Below are positions 23,285 through 27,045 of a stretch of 27,045 nt of DNA, one piece after another. Under the pieces are notes generated by a model that was given only the letters and a program-made list of their open reading frames with translations, was not told where the DNA came from and ran no database searches. Position numbers and translations under genes: made by a program. The stretch is from Paraspadella gotoi (lineage: Eukaryota; Animalia; Chaetognatha), in NCBI GenBank assembly GCA_051294375.1, contig CM119264.1, positions 29,343,436-29,370,480 on the forward strand, written 5' to 3'. Position 1 is the first letter of the stretch. Each line of letters begins with the position of its first letter.

Positions 23285-23995
23285 CAGAAGAGGTTAAAGT
23301 TTCCAACAAAGAATTGAGAGAGATTAGTGGTCAGTTCAGAGGACAGATTTAGTTTAGGCTAGATAGAATAAGTGGTGAAAAGAAATGAAATTTGGTGAAG
23401 GTGAGAGAGAGAGAGAGAGAGAGAGAGATAAATAAGTAATTACATTTGAGCAATGTACAACAAAGATAAATTAAACAAACTTGATTTGTGTCTAATAACA
23501 AAATTGCAATAAATTAATTTTGAAGTTTGAAAAATTGAAATGAATGAATTTGAAATATAAGAGTTTAATTCAGAGGGATAGATAAGTAAAGATTTTAGTG
23601 AAATATAAGATGTATGAAAGGCTCAAAATGAGCAAGCCCCCCCAGGTCTTATGAATGAAAGGCATGGCTGATGGTGCCGGGTCATTGGCCGCGTCATAGG
23701 CTGAGAGGACAGTGGGGTTGATCTCAAGTTTGCTGGCTCGGGCAGCGATCCCTGAGGAAAGAGACCCAGAGCTACCCTAATGTCCTCTGGCCTGATATGC
23801 CTGCCGACGGCCCTCTTCTCACCTGACGGTGAGGCGGGCGAGTATCCACTCTTGCCACTTTTGCAAGGGACGGTGGAACATTCATTTCAATTTTTCAAAC
23901 TTCAAAATTAATTTATTGCAATTTTGTTATTAGACACAAATCAAGTTTGTTTAATTTATCTTTGTTGTACATTGCTCAAATGTAATTACTTATTT

Positions 23996-24040
<45 letters not shown>

Positions 24041-24155
24041 TTCACCAAATTTCATTTCTTTTCACCACTTATTCTATCTAGCCTAAACTAAATCTGTCCT
24101 CTGAACTGACCACTAATCTCTCTCAATTCTTTGTTGGAAACTTTAACCTCTTCTG

Positions 24156-24200
<45 letters not shown>

Positions 24201-24243
24201 TTCTTTAACTCACAAATTGTCCCATTATTCACAACTGTCAAAA

Positions 24244-24287
24244 GCGCTGATGAAGACTCGAAAATCTCTGAGTCGAAACATGTCTGC
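24244..24287 (+). ncRNA. Minimal type I hammerhead ribozyme (PLE-type)
   Basis: GCG-CTGATGA-A-GACTC(gaaaatctct)GAGTC-GAAA-CATG-TC-TGC: conserved core, 5-bp stem II, palindromic ACATGT replacing stem III, 3-bp stem I. Predicted cleavage after GTC at 24284. Confidence 0.85.
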
Positions 24288-24472
24288 AACTTATTAATAA
24301 TAAAATCGTTGTAACAATTCAAATTTCCTTGTAAATAAAAAAAATCATAATGTTTCCAAATCTATATTGAATTTCCTTTCAGTTGCTTCTTTCCATTTTT
24401 TTGTAGGTCAAATCGTTTAGACGTTACAGGCAAAAAATATTGTTACTTCAAATGAAAAATGTCTAAAAAAAG

Positions 24473-25062
24473 GTGGCTGTGGTATTCCTCCCATACGGGA
24501 TTCCTCCCAACTGGATTCCTCCCACACGGGATTCCTCCCAGGTGGGATTCCTCCCACACGGGATTCCTCCCCGCGGGATTCCTCCCACACGGAATTCCTC
24601 CCCAAGGAATTCCTCCCATACGGGATTCCTCCCATGGAATTCCTCCGCATAGAATTCCTCCCACACGGGATTCTTCCCATACAGGATTCCTCCCAAAGGA
24701 ATTCCTCCAATGCTGGATTCCTCCCACACATTATTCCTCCCACGCAGGATTCCTCCCACACGGGATTCCTCCCACACGGGATTCCTCCCACGCGGGATTC
24801 CTCCCACACGGTATTCCTCCCATGCGGGATTCCTCCCAGACGGGATTCCTCCCATACGGGATTTCTCCCACACGGGATTCTTCCCACGCGGGATTCCTCC
24901 CACGCGGGATTCCTCCCACACGGGATTCCTCCCACACTGATTTCCTCCCACACGGGATTCCTCCCACGCGGGATTCCTCCCACGCGGGATTCCTCCCACA
25001 CTGATTTCCTCCCACACGGGATTCCTCCCACACGCGATTCCTCCCACACAGGATTCCTCCCC
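24473..25062. repeat. 16-bp minisatellite (GGATTCCTCCCACACG)n, left arm of a foldback-like structure
   Basis: Directly visible. The 16-aa periodic ORFs (WEESRVGGIPCGRNPV) in every frame reflect the 16-nt period. Confidence 0.9.
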
Positions 25063-25140
25063 TTAAATTGTGATTAACTTTCTTGTTGCATGTTCTTGTT
25101 GCAAGGAAAAAAATTGATTCATTAAAATAAAATTTTTTAC

Positions 25141-25650
25141 TCAGATCTGCTTATCAGCAGATTCCGACTCTATAATTCACTTTGTCACCCCAAAATATTG
25201 TCGGTAAATCATTATTATCATATCAAAAGCTCAAATTATGATAAATTATGCCAAAAAAATGATGTCTGTCCGTCCGTCCATCCGTCCGTCTGTCCGTCCC
25301 CCTTTAGCAAAAAACTCCAATTACTCATGATTGGATGGATGGATTGGTATCAAATTTTGTGTGTGGGTAGGAAACTGTGTGATTGAGATGGATATAAAGT
25401 TTCGATGGAATAGTGCGAGTGGAAATGAGTTAAAATGGAAAAAACAAAAGTCATATTTACTTGAAGTATTTTTACTTAAATTTACTCATAATTATTATGT
25501 TTATTAAAATTTGAATAGATAAATTGAAATGGAATTTTGTGCGTGGGTAGGAAAGTATGTGATAAAGCTGGATATAAAATTTTTGATGTAATCGTAGGAG
25601 TGGAAAAGAGTTCAAATTAGAAAACCAAAAGATACATTTATTTGAATTTT
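25141..25650. mobile_element. Possible DINE-1/HINE-like non-autonomous Helentron-associated element
   Basis: Hairpin ATCTGCT-TATC-AGCAGAT (about 25145-25162), a (GTCC/GTCT)n microsatellite at 25264-25300 and two tandem units of about 180 bp (from about 25353 and 25533). This is architectural resemblance only. Confidence 0.35.
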
Positions 25651-25696
25651 TTAAAGATTCTCTCTCTCTATCTCTCTCTGATTAATTGATTGATTG

Positions 25697-26095
25697 ATTG
25701 ACCAAATTATGCCAATTGACAAAAATATGCCAGTTGACCAAATTCTGCAAGTTGACCAAATTATGCCAGTTGACCAAATTATGCCTGTTGACCAAATTAT
25801 GCGAGTTGACCAAATTATGCCAGTTGACCAAATTATGCCAGTTGACCAAATTATGCCGGTTGTCCAAATTATGTTAATTGGCGAAATTATGTCAGTTGAC
25901 AAAATTAGGTCAGTTGAACAAATTATGTCAGTTAAGCAAATTATGTCAGTTAAACAAATTAAGTCAGTTGTCCAAATTATGTCAGTTGACCAAATTATGT
26001 CAGTTGACCAAATTATGTCAGTTGACCAAATTTTGTCAGTTGACCAAATTATGCCAGCTGACAAAATTAAGTCAGATGACCAAATTATGCCAGTT
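25697..26095. repeat. 18-bp minisatellite (GTTGACCAAATTATGCCA)n
   Basis: Directly visible; gives the VDQIMP and IIWSTD hexapeptide ORFs. Confidence 0.9.
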
Positions 26096-26589
26096 GGGAG
26101 GAATCCTGTGTGGGAGGAATTCCGTGTGGGAGGAATCCCGTGTGGGAGGAATCCCGCGTGGGAGGAATCCCGCGTGGGAGGAACCCCGTGAGGGAGGAAT
26201 CCCGTGTGGGAGGAATCCCGTGAGGGAGGAATCCCGTGTGGGAGGAATCCCGTGTGGGAGGAATCCCGCGTGGGAGGAATCCCGTGTGGGAGGAATCCTG
26301 CATGGGAGGAATCCCGTGTGGGAGGAATCCCGCGTGGGAGGAATTCCAGGCGGAGGAATTCTGTGGGGAGGAACCCCGTGTGGGAGGAATCCCGCGGGGG
26401 AGGAATTCCTTTGGGAGGAATCCCGTGTGGGAGGAATTCCTTTGGGAGGAATCCCGTGTAGGAGCAATTCCATTTGGAGGAATCTTTTGGGGAGGAATCC
26501 CGTTTTGGAGGAAACCCGTGTGGGAGGAATCCCGCGTGGGAAGAATCCTGCGTGGAAGGAATCCTGTTGGGAGGAATCCCAATGGAACC
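26096..26589. repeat. 16-bp minisatellite (GGGAGGAATCCCGTGT)n, inverted relative to 24473-25062
   Basis: The unit is the reverse complement of the left array's unit. Confidence 0.9.
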
Positions 26590-26835
26590 ATACTTTTTTC
26601 CTAGATAGTTGTTAGAGTTAGAGTTTGTAAGCGAGTACTCGCGAGGGAACTAAAAACCTTATCAAGGAGCAGAGTTCAAGGCCGACTTTATTCTGACGCA
26701 AAATTAAAAAAACTCAAAAATTTCAAATTGAGCCTTGAGGAGATTTTTCTCTGTGTGGAATTTGGAATCTGGGTGCGTTCCGTCTCGTCGGCTTTATTTT
26801 CTAAGATCTCCCCATTTCATCTTAATTTATAAAGT

Positions 26836-27045
26836 AGGTTAAAAGGTTATGGTTAGGGATTGGGTAAAGGATTATGGTTAGGGATTAGGTTATTGATTAG
26901 GTTAGGGATTAAGGTTAGGGATTGAGGTTAGGGATTAGGGTTAGGGATTAGGGTCAAGGATTGAGGTTAGGGATTAAGGTTAGGGATTAAGTGAGGGATT
27001 AAGGTTAGGGAGTAGGGTTAGGGATTAAGGTTAGGGATTAAGGTT
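26836..27045 (+). repeat. Degenerate telomere-like repeat (GGTTAGGGATTA[A])n running off the window end; similar short tract at 16386-16476
   Basis: Alternating TTAGGG and TTAAGG/TTGAGG units; not a pure (TTAGGG)n array. Confidence 0.8.

Larger units (their letters stand above)
23071..24334. mobile_element. 5'-truncated Penelope-like element (PLE) with inverted pLTR arms
   Basis: Near-identical inverted arms at 23106-23546 and 23879-24336, each ending in a minimal hammerhead plus AATAAA. There is a 35-bp extension on the left arm only (23071-23105) and a candidate 12-bp target-site duplication ATAAAAAAAATC at 23059-23070 and 24335-24346. The GC-rich spacer is homologous to 15140-15390. Confidence 0.75.

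Noticed and set aside
23755-23825. Histone-fold-like peptide GRHIRPEDIRVAL on the minus strand
   Set aside because: It depends on a 1-nt deletion present only in this copy; the two other copies read SGQRDIRVAL, and no upstream histone-fold helices are seen.
18443-26589. Regular short repeats as possible CRISPR arrays
   Set aside because: Units are head-to-tail with no unique spacers, there are no cas genes, and the context is eukaryotic.
24417-26615. Many long overlapping ORFs (WEESRVGGIP, GFLPHGIPP, VDQIMP, LCQLTK)
   Set aside because: They are translations of stop-free 16-bp and 18-bp minisatellites, open in several frames on both strands.

Overview
AT-rich, microsatellite-dense eukaryotic DNA, most likely an invertebrate animal scaffold, with GT-AG introns and five N-gaps. 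Two convergent spliced genes can be reconstructed. (1) Minus strand, join(22753..21925, 21559..20451), about 645 aa: an N-terminal DZIP3-type HEPN-like domain with an intact R-x4-H motif (RNDIAH), a coiled coil, a Pro-rich linker and a six-bladed Kelch propeller. This is a candidate RNase effector-sensor fusion and the most interesting item here. (2) Plus strand, five coding exons from 11439 to 18457, about 366 aa: a secreted precursor ending in a 10-Cys/8-Trp domain resembling the Tha p 2 allergen family. The window also has Penelope-like retroelement remnants with three minimal hammerhead ribozymes, including a 1.26-kb inverted-repeat insertion just upstream of the HEPN-Kelch gene. Other features are two kinds of structured GC-rich repeat (tRNA-like and twister-like folds), MITE/foldback-like elements with 16-bp and 18-bp minisatellites, telomere-like repeats, and large noisy duplications beside 25-N gaps that are probably gap-filling artefacts. 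All family assignments come from motif recognition by eye; no searches were run.
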